Shown: piece by piece, positions 10,175 through 20,246 of the stretch
Layout of the letters: every line of letters begins with the position of its first letter
Position numbering within the stretch: the stretch's first letter is position 1
IMG/VR virus record: IMGVR_UViG_2585427657_000002
Direction: 5' to 3' (one strand)
Source: a virus
Lineage: Duplodnaviria; Heunggongvirae; Uroviricota; Caudoviricetes
DNA length: 44,098 nucleotides
The notes under the pieces: model-generated
Seen by the model: only the letters and a program-made list of their open reading frames with translations
What the model was told of the DNA's origin: nothing
Databases searched by the model: none
Position numbers and translations under genes: made by a program

Positions 10175-10311
10175 TGTTTGAGTTTAATATGGCAGAACTT
10201 CTTCGCCACCGCTGGGGGCGTCTGCGCTTATATCGTTTCCTCGGTTCTGTTTTGACCGATTACCGAATACTGAAGAATTACGCCAAAACCCTGACAGGAA
10301 CAGGAGTATGA
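10171..10311 (+). CDS. ylcG: YlcG-like small protein (46 aa)
   Basis: [46 protein letters not shown]; below the ORF-track length cut-off, found by reading the sequence; overlaps rusA stop. Confidence 0.5.
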   Translation: MMFEFNMAELLRHRWGRLRLYRFLGSVLTDYRILKNYAKTLTGTGV

Positions 10312-10396
10312 AGTCAGAGATAACAATCAACTAATACTGTTTTGTTGATTTTTGCTTGTAATTGGCGTTCTGGTCTGATTTTTGTGGAGTAAGTTG

Positions 10397-10780
10397 ATGC
10401 GTGATATTCAGATGGTTCTTGAGCGTTGGGGTGCGTGGGCGGCTAATAATCATGAAGATGTGACCTGGTCGTCCATTGCCGCCGGTTTTAAGGGATTAAT
10501 TCCTTCAAAAGTAAAATCTCGCCCGCAATGTTGTGACGATGACGCGATGATCATTTGCGGGTGCATGGCCCGTCTGAAAAAGAACAACAGCGATTTACAC
10601 GATTTATTAGTAGATTATTATGTATGTGGTATGACATTCATGTCACTGGCAAGTAAGCATTGCTGCTCGGATGGTTATATCGGGAAAAGGTTACAGAAGG
10701 CTGAGGGCATAATTGAAGGGATGTTAATGGCATTAGATATCCGGTTAGATATGGATATCGTTGCTAATAATTCTAATTGA
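10397..10780 (+). CDS. Q: Late-gene antiterminator Q (phage 82 / DLP12 QuuD type)
   Basis: 127 aa from ATG 10397 (GGAG 7 nt upstream): [36 protein letters not shown]...; Cys-rich zinc-binding region. Confidence 0.85.
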   Translation: MRDIQMVLERWGAWAANNHEDVTWSSIAAGFKGLIPSKVKSRPQCCDDDAMIICGCMARLKKNNSDLHDLLVDYYVCGMTFMSLASKHCCSDGYIGKRLQKAEGIIEGMLMALDIRLDMDIVANNSN

Positions 10781-10916
10781 TATGCAATTGTTTACTAAAA
10801 GTTATTAAAAATGGGGCGTGGAAACGCCCCCAAAATAAAGGGTAATATATAACAGAAGGTTTATATAGTAAGAAGCAAGGTAGTGCTTCTAAAGGAAGTG
10901 GCTTGAGGGCTCCACT

Positions 10917-10957
10917 TATATGTTGCGGAGGCAAAGCCTCCCGCAACATATCTTTTT
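10917..10957 (+). terminator. Intrinsic terminator between Q region and porin gene
   Basis: Near-perfect hairpin ATATGTTGCGGAGGC-AAA-GCCTCCCGCAACATAT followed by CTTTTT on the + strand. Confidence 0.6.
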
Positions 10958-10968
10958 CGTAAGTCAGA

Positions 10969-12051
10969 TTAGAACTGATAAACCAGACCTACAGCGACGA
11001 TGTCGTCGGTATCAATACCAGCTGTTTTGGTAAACTTACTATCGTCAATTAAGTTGATTTTGTAATCAACAAAAGTGGACATGTTTTTATTAAAGTAGTA
11101 AGTAGCACCGACATCGACATACTTGACTAAGTCTCGGTCACCATGAACACCAAGGTCTTTACCTTTTGACTGAAGGTAAGCAACAGATGGACGCAGACCG
11201 AAGTCAAACTGATATTGTGCTACTGCTTCAAAGTTTTGTGCTTTGTTTGCAATATGGTTATTACCAAAAACGGTCATATTCTGAGTTTCAGAATATGTGG
11301 TAGCCAGATAGATATTGTTCGCATCATATTTCAGGCCTGCAGCCCATACTTCCGCATTTTTGCCGGAGGCATTGAATTTGCTCTTACCATAGGCGACCTG
11401 ACCGTCAGTGCGATCTGATTTAGCATAGGTTGCACCCACGCCGAATCCTTCATACTCATAAGTAGTGGAGAAACCGAAACCATCACCATTGGCTTCAGTT
11501 ACGTCAGTGCGGTCATTTTTACCCTGATACTGAGCAGCAAAGTTCAGGCCATCGACCAGACCAAAGAAGTCGTTGTTACGATAAGTTGCAACACCAGTAG
11601 TGCGACCAGTCATGAACACATCTGTTTGGGTCCAGGTATCACCACCGAATTCTGGCAGAACGTCAGTCCACGCACCGATGTCGTATGCTACACCGTAGTT
11701 ACGGCCGTAATCGATTGAGCCGTAATCACCAAATTTCAGGCCTGCAAATGCAAGACGGGTTTTGTCTTTGGAAGAACCTTGAGATTCAGCACGGTTGCCT
11801 TTGAATTCATATTCCCACTGACCGAAACCAGTCAGTTGATCGTTGATTTGGGTTTCACCTTTGAAGCCAAGACGGGCATAAGTAGTATCACCATCATCTG
11901 CATCATTAGAGGAGAAGTAGTGCTTGGCATTAACTTTCCCGTATAGATCCAGCTTGTTACTGTCTTTATTATAAATTTCAGCTGCCTGAGCAGACATCGC
12001 CATCAGTACTGATGCAGCTACAGCAGAAATTGCCACTGTTAATTTTTTCAT
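10969..12051 (-). CDS. nmpC: Outer-membrane general porin, phage-encoded OmpC-family (NmpC/Lc type)
   Basis: Signal peptide [23 protein letters not shown] then AEIYNKD...; C-terminal ...VAVGLVYQF; opposite orientation to phage late genes. Start taken as ATG 12051, not the longer ORF-track start. Confidence 0.9.
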   Translation of the reverse strand: MKKLTVAISAVAASVLMAMSAQAAEIYNKDSNKLDLYGKVNAKHYFSSNDADDGDTTYARLGFKGETQINDQLTGFGQWEYEFKGNRAESQGSSKDKTRLAFAGLKFGDYGSIDYGRNYGVAYDIGAWTDVLPEFGGDTWTQTDVFMTGRTTGVATYRNNDFFGLVDGLNFAAQYQGKNDRTDVTEANGDGFGFSTTYEYEGFGVGATYAKSDRTDGQVAYGKSKFNASGKNAEVWAAGLKYDANNIYLATTYSETQNMTVFGNNHIANKAQNFEAVAQYQFDFGLRPSVAYLQSKGKDLGVHGDRDLVKYVDVGATYYFNKNMSTFVDYKINLIDDSKFTKTAGIDTDDIVAVGLVYQF

Positions 12052-12477
12052 TGTACGCCCTTTTTTTGAACTTTTATTAAAAAATGATGTCACTGCGCGA
12101 TAAATATTCATCTAATCAATGTGATTATTTCAAGATGTAAGTTTTAGTTTCTCATTTAATTTGTGAAGTAGATCTCTATTTTTATCTGAACCTTTTCTAT
12201 CTAATCCTATTCATGGCTCTTGTCTGAACAAAAATAAATCTATTAGCTAATTTATATTAATGGCACTTATTTATAAGTGCTCTATAATTCTTTAGCTTAA
12301 TTTAAACAAACTAAAAATAACATCGGAAATTATTAACTGGTTATTTGTTGAAGTTTTCTTATGCATTTGTGGTGGTGTTTTGAACACTCGGTGGCATTCT
12401 CACAAATATCATTTAGTAGTTTACGTACGTAAAAAATTGGTTATGCTGTTAAGAGTGGTTACTTCGTCACACAGCTT

Positions 12478-12510
12478 AAACCCGCCGTCGAGCGGGTTTT
12501 TCCATTTTTT
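12478..12510 (+). terminator. Intrinsic terminator upstream of the lysis cassette (candidate tR')
   Basis: Hairpin CCCGC-CGTCGA-GCGGG followed by TTTTTCCATTTTTT, about 130 bp before the holin start. Confidence 0.55.
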
Positions 12511-12639
12511 GAGTCTCGATATTAGCTGATAACCCAATACCTGAGTTATTCACTGACTCCGAATCTGTTACGTTTCTGCCTTTATTGCGATACGTAGTAT
12601 CCCCTTAATTTACACCCGCTTTGTCTGCGAGGTGGGGTT

Positions 12640-12855
12640 ATGAAATCCATGGATAAGTTAACAACGGGTGTCGCCTATGGTACCTCAGCAGGTAGTGCCG
12701 GGTACTGGTTTTTACAGTTGCTCGATAAAGTCACGCCCTCACAGTGGGCGGCAATAGGTGTGCTGGGTAGCCTGGTATTTGGCCTGCTGACGTACCTGAC
12801 AAACCTTTATTTCAAGATTAAAGAAGATAAGCGCAAGGCTGCGAGAGGTGAATAA
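12640..12855 (+). CDS. S: Holin, phage-21 pinholin type
   Basis: 71 aa, [71 protein letters not shown]; two TM segments, dual-start motif MKSM. Confidence 0.9.
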
Positions 12856-13352
12856 TGCCTCCATCATTACGAAAAGCCGTTGCTGCTGCTATTGGTGGCG
12901 GAGCAATTGCTATAGCATCAGTGTTAATCACTGGCCCAAGTGGTAACGATGGTCTGGAAGGTGTCAGCTACATACCATACAAAGATATTGTTGGTGTATG
13001 GACTGTATGTCACGGGCATACAGGAAAAGACATCATGCTCGGTAAAACGTATACCAAAGCAGAATGCAAAGCCCTCCTGAATAAAGACCTTGCCACGGTC
13101 GCCAGACAAATTAACCCGTACATCAAAGTCGATATACCGGAAACAATGCGCGGCGCTCTTTACTCATTCGTTTACAACGTGGGTGCTGGCAATTTCAGAA
13201 CATCGACGCTTCTTCGCAAAATAAACCAGGGCGATATCAAAGGCGCATGTGATCAGCTACGTCGCTGGACATATGCTGGCGGTAAGCAATGGAAAGGTCT
13301 CATGACTCGTCGTGAGATTGAGCGTGAAATCTGTTTGTGGGGTCAGCAATGA
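12855..13352 (+). CDS. R: SAR endolysin (lysozyme with signal-anchor-release N-terminus)
   Basis: 165 aa; N-terminal weakly hydrophobic SAR segment [20 protein letters not shown] followed by lysozyme domain; overlaps holin stop. Confidence 0.9.
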   Translation: MPPSLRKAVAAAIGGGAIAIASVLITGPSGNDGLEGVSYIPYKDIVGVWTVCHGHTGKDIMLGKTYTKAECKALLNKDLATVARQINPYIKVDIPETMRGALYSFVYNVGAGNFRTSTLLRKINQGDIKGACDQLRRWTYAGGKQWKGLMTRREIEREICLWGQQ

Positions 13353-13810
13353 ACAGAGTAACCGCGATTATCTCCGCTCTGGTTATCTGCATCATCGTCT
13401 GCCTGTCATGGGCTGTTAATCATTACCGTGATAACGCCATTACCTACAAAGCCCAGCGCGACAAAAATGCCAGAGAACTGACGCTGGCGAACGCGGCAAT
13501 TACTGACATACAGATGCGTCAGCGTGATGTTGCTGCGCTCGATGCAAAATACACGAAGGAGTTAGCTGATGCGAAAGCTGAAAATGATGCTCTGCGTGAT
13601 GATGTTGCCGCTGGTCGTCGTCGGTTGCACATCAAAGCAGTCTGTCAGTCAGTGCGTGAAGCCACCACCGCCTCCGGCGTGGATAATGCAGCCTCCCCCC
13701 GACTGGCAGACACCGCTGAACGGGATTATTTCACCCTCAGAGAGAGGCTGATCACTATGCAAAAACAACTGGAAGGAACCCAGAAGTATATTAATGAGCA
13801 GTGCAGATAG
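13349..13810 (+). CDS. Rz: Rz i-spanin
   Basis: 153 aa, [38 protein letters not shown]...; N-terminal TM then coiled-coil; ATGA overlap with R. Confidence 0.9.
   Translation: MNRVTAIISALVICIIVCLSWAVNHYRDNAITYKAQRDKNARELTLANAAITDIQMRQRDVAALDAKYTKELADAKAENDALRDDVAAGRRRLHIKAVCQSVREATTASGVDNAASPRLADTAERDYFTLRERLITMQKQLEGTQKYINEQCR
13569..13751 (+). CDS. Rz1: Rz1 o-spanin lipoprotein, embedded in the +1 frame of Rz
   Basis: [20 protein letters not shown]... lipobox, proline-rich mature part; entirely nested within Rz. Confidence 0.85.
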   Translation: MRKLKMMLCVMMLPLVVVGCTSKQSVSQCVKPPPPPAWIMQPPPDWQTPLNGIISPSERG

Positions 13811-13841
13811 AGCTGCCCATATCGATGGGCAACTCATGCAA

Positions 13842-14135
13842 TTATTGTGAGCAATACACACGCGCTTCCAGCGGAGTATAAATGCCTAAAGTAATAAAAC
13901 CGAGCAATCCATTTACGAATGTTTGCTGGGTTTCTGTTTTAACAACATTTTCTGCACCACCACAAATTTTTGCTGCATCGACAGTTTTCTTCTGCCCAAT
14001 TCCCGAAACGAAGAAATGATGGGTGATGGTTTCCTTTGGTGTTACTGCTGTAGGTTTGTTTCCAACAGTAAACGTCTGTTGAGCACATCCTGTAATAAGC
14101 ATTGCCAGAGCGGCAGAAAACAACATTTTTTTCAT
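13842..14135 (-). CDS. bor: Bor lipoprotein (serum-resistance moron)
   Basis: 97 aa from MKKMLFSAALAMLITGCAQQTFTV... (lipobox LITGC). Confidence 0.9.
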   Translation of the reverse strand: MKKMLFSAALAMLITGCAQQTFTVGNKPTAVTPKETITHHFFVSGIGQKKTVDAAKICGGAENVVKTETQQTFVNGLLGFITLGIYTPLEARVYCSQ

Positions 14136-14615
14136 CTTATTATCCTGCATTGTTAAAAACGGCAGAATCCTATGTGACAACAATTAAACGATAGTTAAAT
14201 GGATTGATGAAAATTAAAACTACACAGGTGGGCTCAGACTATTGGAGGAAGTTGGGGACACTCAGAATCCTGTGGAATGAAATAAACCGGTCTATCCGTC
14301 CATTACCCTTTTAGCTGCGCTGTATCGTCGCCGTATTCCCGCATTAACCATGACCGTAGCCCGACGGGGAATTCCTTCTGCGTGAGTGTGCGGGAATAAT
14401 TAAAAACGATGCACACCGGGTTTTTACCGCGTTAATGATTCGCGGGTTTATCCCGGTGCGATGGTGGAAGAAACAGGAAGCTGTATTACAGAAAGTGCTA
14501 CTACTGTATCCCGATGCGATGTATGTAATGTGAGTCAGATAATGGCACAGGATGTGGTGATGTGGCAGTCTGGAACACAGGATATATTGTCAGAATAAGA
14601 CCCGTAGGAATAAAA

Positions 14616-14942
14616 ATGAAAAGACGCCTTTTACTACTTTTTCTGTTATCTGTCCTGGCAGTGGGATGCTCGCAGCAAAAAGCTGATGAGCCCCGGCAAT
14701 TAGTGACGGTGTATCCACGATATCCGGAATATGCTGCAGCAAATTATATCAAGGGGCTGGTTGAGGTTAAGTTCGATATTGGTGCTGATGGGACTGTGAC
14801 ACGGATCGTTTTTCTCCGCTCAGAGCCTCATAATTTGTTTCGTGATGAAGTGGTGAAGGCCATGGCGAAATGGCGATTTGAAAAGAATCGCCCCTGTCAG
14901 GGAGTGAAGAGACAATTTATCTTTACGCCGTCACGTCCTTGA
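14616..14942 (+). CDS. Lipoprotein with TonB C-terminal-like domain (moron)
   Basis: MKRRLLLLFLLSVLAVGCSQQ signal/lipobox, then VYPRYPEYAAANYIKGLVEVKFDIGADGTVTRIVFLRSEPHNLFRDEVVKAMAKWRFE, which matches the TonB_C pattern (YP..A...G.V.V.F.I..DG.V..I.......F...V..A...WR). Confidence 0.7.
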   Translation: MKRRLLLLFLLSVLAVGCSQQKADEPRQLVTVYPRYPEYAAANYIKGLVEVKFDIGADGTVTRIVFLRSEPHNLFRDEVVKAMAKWRFEKNRPCQGVKRQFIFTPSRP

Positions 14943-15064
14943 TGCTTCCAGGTAGAGAGGGGCTGGAAGCAGGAGAAAAATGAAAGAGCCAGCGGTTATA
15001 TTTTTGTCATGGCTGACGAGGAATGATGGAAGAAGGCGTTGTATGCCACACAACGCCTCACTGT

Positions 15065-15418
15065 TCATTTCTTCTTTTTCTCTGGTGGAACCCGATGAAT
15101 AAGAGTTGCACTGGTTTCCGATGAGATGGCGATATACTCGGGCAAAGTATGCTGGCAGTTTTCCAACTGGTCAAAAATACCTGCTCTCGTCTGTTGCAAT
15201 GCCTGCAGCATGCGGCGGCAATGCGCCTTGCTTTTACTAACCATCTTTCCTTCCTCTATCAGTCGCTGCGTGAACTCATCATGGAATACCAGGTAAATGC
15301 GGATGTTATCGGTTTTGGCTACGCAGCATAGTACAAAACGGACAGGTGCATCCCGGGACGGGGGAGGCGTCACATGTCCCTGTGATGGTTGTTCCGGGTA
15401 ATGTACTGTGTGGGGCAT
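15065..15418 (-). CDS. Hypothetical ORF (117 aa), coding status uncertain
   Basis: Open frame only; overlaps the small secretory ORF 15306..15557 and a + strand 60-aa ORF; identical copy at 19418..19771. Confidence 0.25.
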   Translation of the reverse strand: MPHTVHYPEQPSQGHVTPPPSRDAPVRFVLCCVAKTDNIRIYLVFHDEFTQRLIEEGKMVSKSKAHCRRMLQALQQTRAGIFDQLENCQHTLPEYIAISSETSATLIHRVPPEKKKK

Positions 15419-15557
15419 AAAAATGTCCGATAATTTTACTTTCTACCGCAGTTAGTTGATTCGTTGGTCCTGGTAGCACATTGGGCGAGGATTTAAATGC
15501 CAGGCAACTGAAGGATGATGTCGCAAGGGAGATAGCGAGAATATTTCTGATTTTCAT
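15306..15557 (-). CDS. Small predicted secreted Cys-rich protein (83 aa)
   Basis: MKIRNILAISLATSSFSCLA-FKSS signal peptide; mature part has four Cys (C..C.C..C near the C-terminus); identical copy at 19659..19910. Confidence 0.3.
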   Translation of the reverse strand: MKIRNILAISLATSSFSCLAFKSSPNVLPGPTNQLTAVESKIIGHFYAPHSTLPGTTITGTCDASPVPGCTCPFCTMLRSQNR

Positions 15558-15705
15558 TTGATGATGCCTCTGTGTGAAATGACGGTAAACGACGCACTTG
15601 TGCCGGCACATAATAGCAAGCACCATAATAGATCAGATTCGATTCTTGCTGTAAGTGATAATTATTCTCGTTTTCGGGTCCTTTCCGTCGATCCAACAGG
15701 TTACG

Positions 15706-15717
15706 GGGCGGCGACCT
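15706..15717 (+). other. cos: cosN cohesive-end site GGGCGGCGACCT (copy 1)
   Basis: ...ATCCAACAGGTTACG|GGGCGGCGACCT|CGCGG... matches the lambda right-end/left-end junction as recalled; cosB-like inverted GTCCGACATGAAAG / CATGTCGGGC elements lie between it and Nu1. Confidence 0.85.
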
Positions 15718-15893
15718 CGCGGTTTTTCACTATTTATGAAAATTTTTCAGGGAAAATCGTGTCGGTACTTCTCGAATATAACTTTTTGTTTTTTTTAATA
15801 TTGCATCCGTAAAGGTCCGACATGAAAGTGTCCGAAAATGCCTTTTTCTGGCGTTTTCATGTCGGGCCTTGTATTTGATAATGGGTTGTTTTC

Positions 15894-16158
15894 ATGAAGG
15901 TTAATAAAAAGAGGCTTGCCGAAATTTTCAACGTGGACCCGCGGACGATTGAACGCTGGCAGTCTCAGGGACTCCCTTGCGCCTCCAAAGGTAGTAAGGG
16001 CATTGAATCTGTATTTGATACTGCCATGGCAATTCAGTGGTATGCGCAGAGGGAAACTGATATCGAAAACGAAAAGCTCCGCAAAGAACTGGACGATTTG
16101 CGTGCGGCAGCGGAGTCAGATTTACAACCCGGCACCATTGACTATGAACGCTACCGGC
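15894..16158 (+). pseudogene. nu1: Terminase small subunit Nu1, 5' copy truncated after codon ~88 by a rearrangement junction
   Basis: [33 protein letters not shown]...TIDYERYR then sequence switches to the reverse complement of the porin upstream region. Confidence 0.7.
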
Positions 16159-16323
16159 ACATCTTGAAATAATCACATTGATTAGATGAATATTTATCGC
16201 GCAGTGACATCATTTTTTAATAAAAGTTCAAAAAAAGGGCGTACAATGAAAAAATTAACAGTGGCAATTTCTGCTGTAGCTGCATCAGTACTGATGGCGA
16301 TGTCTGCTCAGGCAGCTGAAATT
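16159..16323. repeat. Fold-back arm: reverse complement of 11974..12138 forming a perfect palindrome with 16327..16491
   Basis: 16159..16323 reads as the exact reverse complement of the porin 5' end and upstream region; symmetry centre at about 16325 (GCTGAAATT-ATA-AATTTCAGC). Confidence 0.85.
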
Positions 16324-16830
16324 ATAAATTTCAGCTGCCTGAGCAGACATCGCCATCAGTACTGATGCAGCTACAGCAGAAATTGCCACTGTTAATTTTT
16401 TCATTGTACGCCCTTTTTTTGAACTTTTATTAAAAAATGATGTCACTGCGCGATAAATATTCATCTAATCAATGTGATTATTTCAAGATGTAAGTTTTAG
16501 TTTCTCATTTAATTTGTGAAGTAGATCTCTATTTTTATCTGAACCTTTTCTATCTAATCCTATTCATGGCTCTTGTCTGAACAAAAATAAATCTATTAGC
16601 TAATTTATATTAATGGCACTTATTTATAAGTGCTCTATAATTCTTTAGCTTAATTTAAACAAACTAAAAATAACATCGGAAATTATTAACTGGTTATTTG
16701 TTGAAGTTTTCTTATGCATTTGTGGTGGTGTTTTGAACACTCGGTGGCATTCTCACAAATATCATTTAGTAGTTTACGTACGTAAAAAATTGGTTATGCT
16801 GTTAAGAGTGGTTACTTCGTCACACAGCTT

Positions 16831-16863
16831 AAACCCGCCGTCGAGCGGGTTTTTCCATTTTTT
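16831..16863 (+). terminator. Duplicate of terminator 12478..12510
   Basis: Identical sequence at offset +4353. Confidence 0.5.
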
Positions 16864-16992
16864 GAGTCTCGATATTAGCTGATAACCCAATACCTGAGTT
16901 ATTCACTGACTCCGAATCTGTTACGTTTCTGCCTTTATTGCGATACGTAGTATCCCCTTAATTTACACCCGCTTTGTCTGCGAGGTGGGGTT

Positions 16993-17208
16993 ATGAAATC
17001 CATGGATAAGTTAACAACGGGTGTCGCCTATGGTACCTCAGCAGGTAGTGCCGGGTACTGGTTTTTACAGTTGCTCGATAAAGTCACGCCCTCACAGTGG
17101 GCGGCAATAGGTGTGCTGGGTAGCCTGGTATTTGGCCTGCTGACGTACCTGACAAACCTTTATTTCAAGATTAAAGAAGATAAGCGCAAGGCTGCGAGAG
17201 GTGAATAA
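16993..17208 (+). CDS. S: Holin (duplicate copy)
   Basis: Identical to 12640..12855. Confidence 0.85.
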
Positions 17209-17705
17209 TGCCTCCATCATTACGAAAAGCCGTTGCTGCTGCTATTGGTGGCGGAGCAATTGCTATAGCATCAGTGTTAATCACTGGCCCAAGTGGTAAC
17301 GATGGTCTGGAAGGTGTCAGCTACATACCATACAAAGATATTGTTGGTGTATGGACTGTATGTCACGGGCATACAGGAAAAGACATCATGCTCGGTAAAA
17401 CGTATACCAAAGCAGAATGCAAAGCCCTCCTGAATAAAGACCTTGCCACGGTCGCCAGACAAATTAACCCGTACATCAAAGTCGATATACCGGAAACAAT
17501 GCGCGGCGCTCTTTACTCATTCGTTTACAACGTGGGTGCTGGCAATTTCAGAACATCGACGCTTCTTCGCAAAATAAACCAGGGCGATATCAAAGGCGCA
17601 TGTGATCAGCTACGTCGCTGGACATATGCTGGCGGTAAGCAATGGAAAGGTCTCATGACTCGTCGTGAGATTGAGCGTGAAATCTGTTTGTGGGGTCAGC
17701 AATGA
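17208..17705 (+). CDS. R: SAR endolysin (duplicate copy)
   Basis: Identical to 12855..13352. Confidence 0.85.
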   Translation: MPPSLRKAVAAAIGGGAIAIASVLITGPSGNDGLEGVSYIPYKDIVGVWTVCHGHTGKDIMLGKTYTKAECKALLNKDLATVARQINPYIKVDIPETMRGALYSFVYNVGAGNFRTSTLLRKINQGDIKGACDQLRRWTYAGGKQWKGLMTRREIEREICLWGQQ

Positions 17706-18163
17706 ACAGAGTAACCGCGATTATCTCCGCTCTGGTTATCTGCATCATCGTCTGCCTGTCATGGGCTGTTAATCATTACCGTGATAACGCCATTACCTAC
17801 AAAGCCCAGCGCGACAAAAATGCCAGAGAACTGACGCTGGCGAACGCGGCAATTACTGACATACAGATGCGTCAGCGTGATGTTGCTGCGCTCGATGCAA
17901 AATACACGAAGGAGTTAGCTGATGCGAAAGCTGAAAATGATGCTCTGCGTGATGATGTTGCCGCTGGTCGTCGTCGGTTGCACATCAAAGCAGTCTGTCA
18001 GTCAGTGCGTGAAGCCACCACCGCCTCCGGCGTGGATAATGCAGCCTCCCCCCGACTGGCAGACACCGCTGAACGGGATTATTTCACCCTCAGAGAGAGG
18101 CTGATCACTATGCAAAAACAACTGGAAGGAACCCAGAAGTATATTAATGAGCAGTGCAGATAG
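17702..18163 (+). CDS. Rz: Rz i-spanin (duplicate copy)
   Basis: Identical to 13349..13810. Confidence 0.85.
   Translation: MNRVTAIISALVICIIVCLSWAVNHYRDNAITYKAQRDKNARELTLANAAITDIQMRQRDVAALDAKYTKELADAKAENDALRDDVAAGRRRLHIKAVCQSVREATTASGVDNAASPRLADTAERDYFTLRERLITMQKQLEGTQKYINEQCR
17922..18104 (+). CDS. Rz1: Rz1 o-spanin (duplicate copy)
   Basis: Identical to 13569..13751. Confidence 0.8.
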   Translation: MRKLKMMLCVMMLPLVVVGCTSKQSVSQCVKPPPPPAWIMQPPPDWQTPLNGIISPSERG

Positions 18164-18194
18164 AGCTGCCCATATCGATGGGCAACTCATGCAA

Positions 18195-18488
18195 TTATTG
18201 TGAGCAATACACACGCGCTTCCAGCGGAGTATAAATGCCTAAAGTAATAAAACCGAGCAATCCATTTACGAATGTTTGCTGGGTTTCTGTTTTAACAACA
18301 TTTTCTGCACCACCACAAATTTTTGCTGCATCGACAGTTTTCTTCTGCCCAATTCCCGAAACGAAGAAATGATGGGTGATGGTTTCCTTTGGTGTTACTG
18401 CTGTAGGTTTGTTTCCAACAGTAAACGTCTGTTGAGCACATCCTGTAATAAGCATTGCCAGAGCGGCAGAAAACAACATTTTTTTCAT
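18195..18488 (-). CDS. bor: Bor lipoprotein (duplicate copy)
   Basis: Identical to 13842..14135. Confidence 0.85.
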   Translation of the reverse strand: MKKMLFSAALAMLITGCAQQTFTVGNKPTAVTPKETITHHFFVSGIGQKKTVDAAKICGGAENVVKTETQQTFVNGLLGFITLGIYTPLEARVYCSQ

Positions 18489-18968
18489 CTTATTATCCTG
18501 CATTGTTAAAAACGGCAGAATCCTATGTGACAACAATTAAACGATAGTTAAATGGATTGATGAAAATTAAAACTACACAGGTGGGCTCAGACTATTGGAG
18601 GAAGTTGGGGACACTCAGAATCCTGTGGAATGAAATAAACCGGTCTATCCGTCCATTACCCTTTTAGCTGCGCTGTATCGTCGCCGTATTCCCGCATTAA
18701 CCATGACCGTAGCCCGACGGGGAATTCCTTCTGCGTGAGTGTGCGGGAATAATTAAAAACGATGCACACCGGGTTTTTACCGCGTTAATGATTCGCGGGT
18801 TTATCCCGGTGCGATGGTGGAAGAAACAGGAAGCTGTATTACAGAAAGTGCTACTACTGTATCCCGATGCGATGTATGTAATGTGAGTCAGATAATGGCA
18901 CAGGATGTGGTGATGTGGCAGTCTGGAACACAGGATATATTGTCAGAATAAGACCCGTAGGAATAAAA

Positions 18969-19295
18969 ATGAAAAGACGCCTTTTACTACTTTTTCTGTT
19001 ATCTGTCCTGGCAGTGGGATGCTCGCAGCAAAAAGCTGATGAGCCCCGGCAATTAGTGACGGTGTATCCACGATATCCGGAATATGCTGCAGCAAATTAT
19101 ATCAAGGGGCTGGTTGAGGTTAAGTTCGATATTGGTGCTGATGGGACTGTGACACGGATCGTTTTTCTCCGCTCAGAGCCTCATAATTTGTTTCGTGATG
19201 AAGTGGTGAAGGCCATGGCGAAATGGCGATTTGAAAAGAATCGCCCCTGTCAGGGAGTGAAGAGACAATTTATCTTTACGCCGTCACGTCCTTGA
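18969..19295 (+). CDS. TonB-C-like lipoprotein (duplicate copy)
   Basis: Identical to 14616..14942. Confidence 0.65.
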   Translation: MKRRLLLLFLLSVLAVGCSQQKADEPRQLVTVYPRYPEYAAANYIKGLVEVKFDIGADGTVTRIVFLRSEPHNLFRDEVVKAMAKWRFEKNRPCQGVKRQFIFTPSRP

Positions 19296-20058
19296 TGCTT
19301 CCAGGTAGAGAGGGGCTGGAAGCAGGAGAAAAATGAAAGAGCCAGCGGTTATATTTTTGTCATGGCTGACGAGGAATGATGGAAGAAGGCGTTGTATGCC
19401 ACACAACGCCTCACTGTTCATTTCTTCTTTTTCTCTGGTGGAACCCGATGAATAAGAGTTGCACTGGTTTCCGATGAGATGGCGATATACTCGGGCAAAG
19501 TATGCTGGCAGTTTTCCAACTGGTCAAAAATACCTGCTCTCGTCTGTTGCAATGCCTGCAGCATGCGGCGGCAATGCGCCTTGCTTTTACTAACCATCTT
19601 TCCTTCCTCTATCAGTCGCTGCGTGAACTCATCATGGAATACCAGGTAAATGCGGATGTTATCGGTTTTGGCTACGCAGCATAGTACAAAACGGACAGGT
19701 GCATCCCGGGACGGGGGAGGCGTCACATGTCCCTGTGATGGTTGTTCCGGGTAATGTACTGTGTGGGGCATAAAAATGTCCGATAATTTTACTTTCTACC
19801 GCAGTTAGTTGATTCGTTGGTCCTGGTAGCACATTGGGCGAGGATTTAAATGCCAGGCAACTGAAGGATGATGTCGCAAGGGAGATAGCGAGAATATTTC
19901 TGATTTTCATTTGATGATGCCTCTGTGTGAAATGACGGTAAACGACGCACTTGTGCCGGCACATAATAGCAAGCACCATAATAGATCAGATTCGATTCTT
20001 GCTGTAAGTGATAATTATTCTCGTTTTCGGGTCCTTTCCGTCGATCCAACAGGTTACG

Positions 20059-20070
20059 GGGCGGCGACCT
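20059..20070 (+). other. cos: cosN (copy 2)
   Basis: Identical to 15706..15717 with the same flanks. Confidence 0.8.
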
Positions 20071-20246
20071 CGCGGTTTTTCACTATTTATGAAAATTTTT
20101 CAGGGAAAATCGTGTCGGTACTTCTCGAATATAACTTTTTGTTTTTTTTAATATTGCATCCGTAAAGGTCCGACATGAAAGTGTCCGAAAATGCCTTTTT
20201 CTGGCGTTTTCATGTCGGGCCTTGTATTTGATAATGGGTTGTTTTC

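Noticed and set aside
12112-12480. Explicit pR' and qut assignment in the AT-rich region upstream of the lysis cassette
   Set aside because: Several weak -35/-10-like hexamers are present but none can be singled out by eye; only the terminators are reported.
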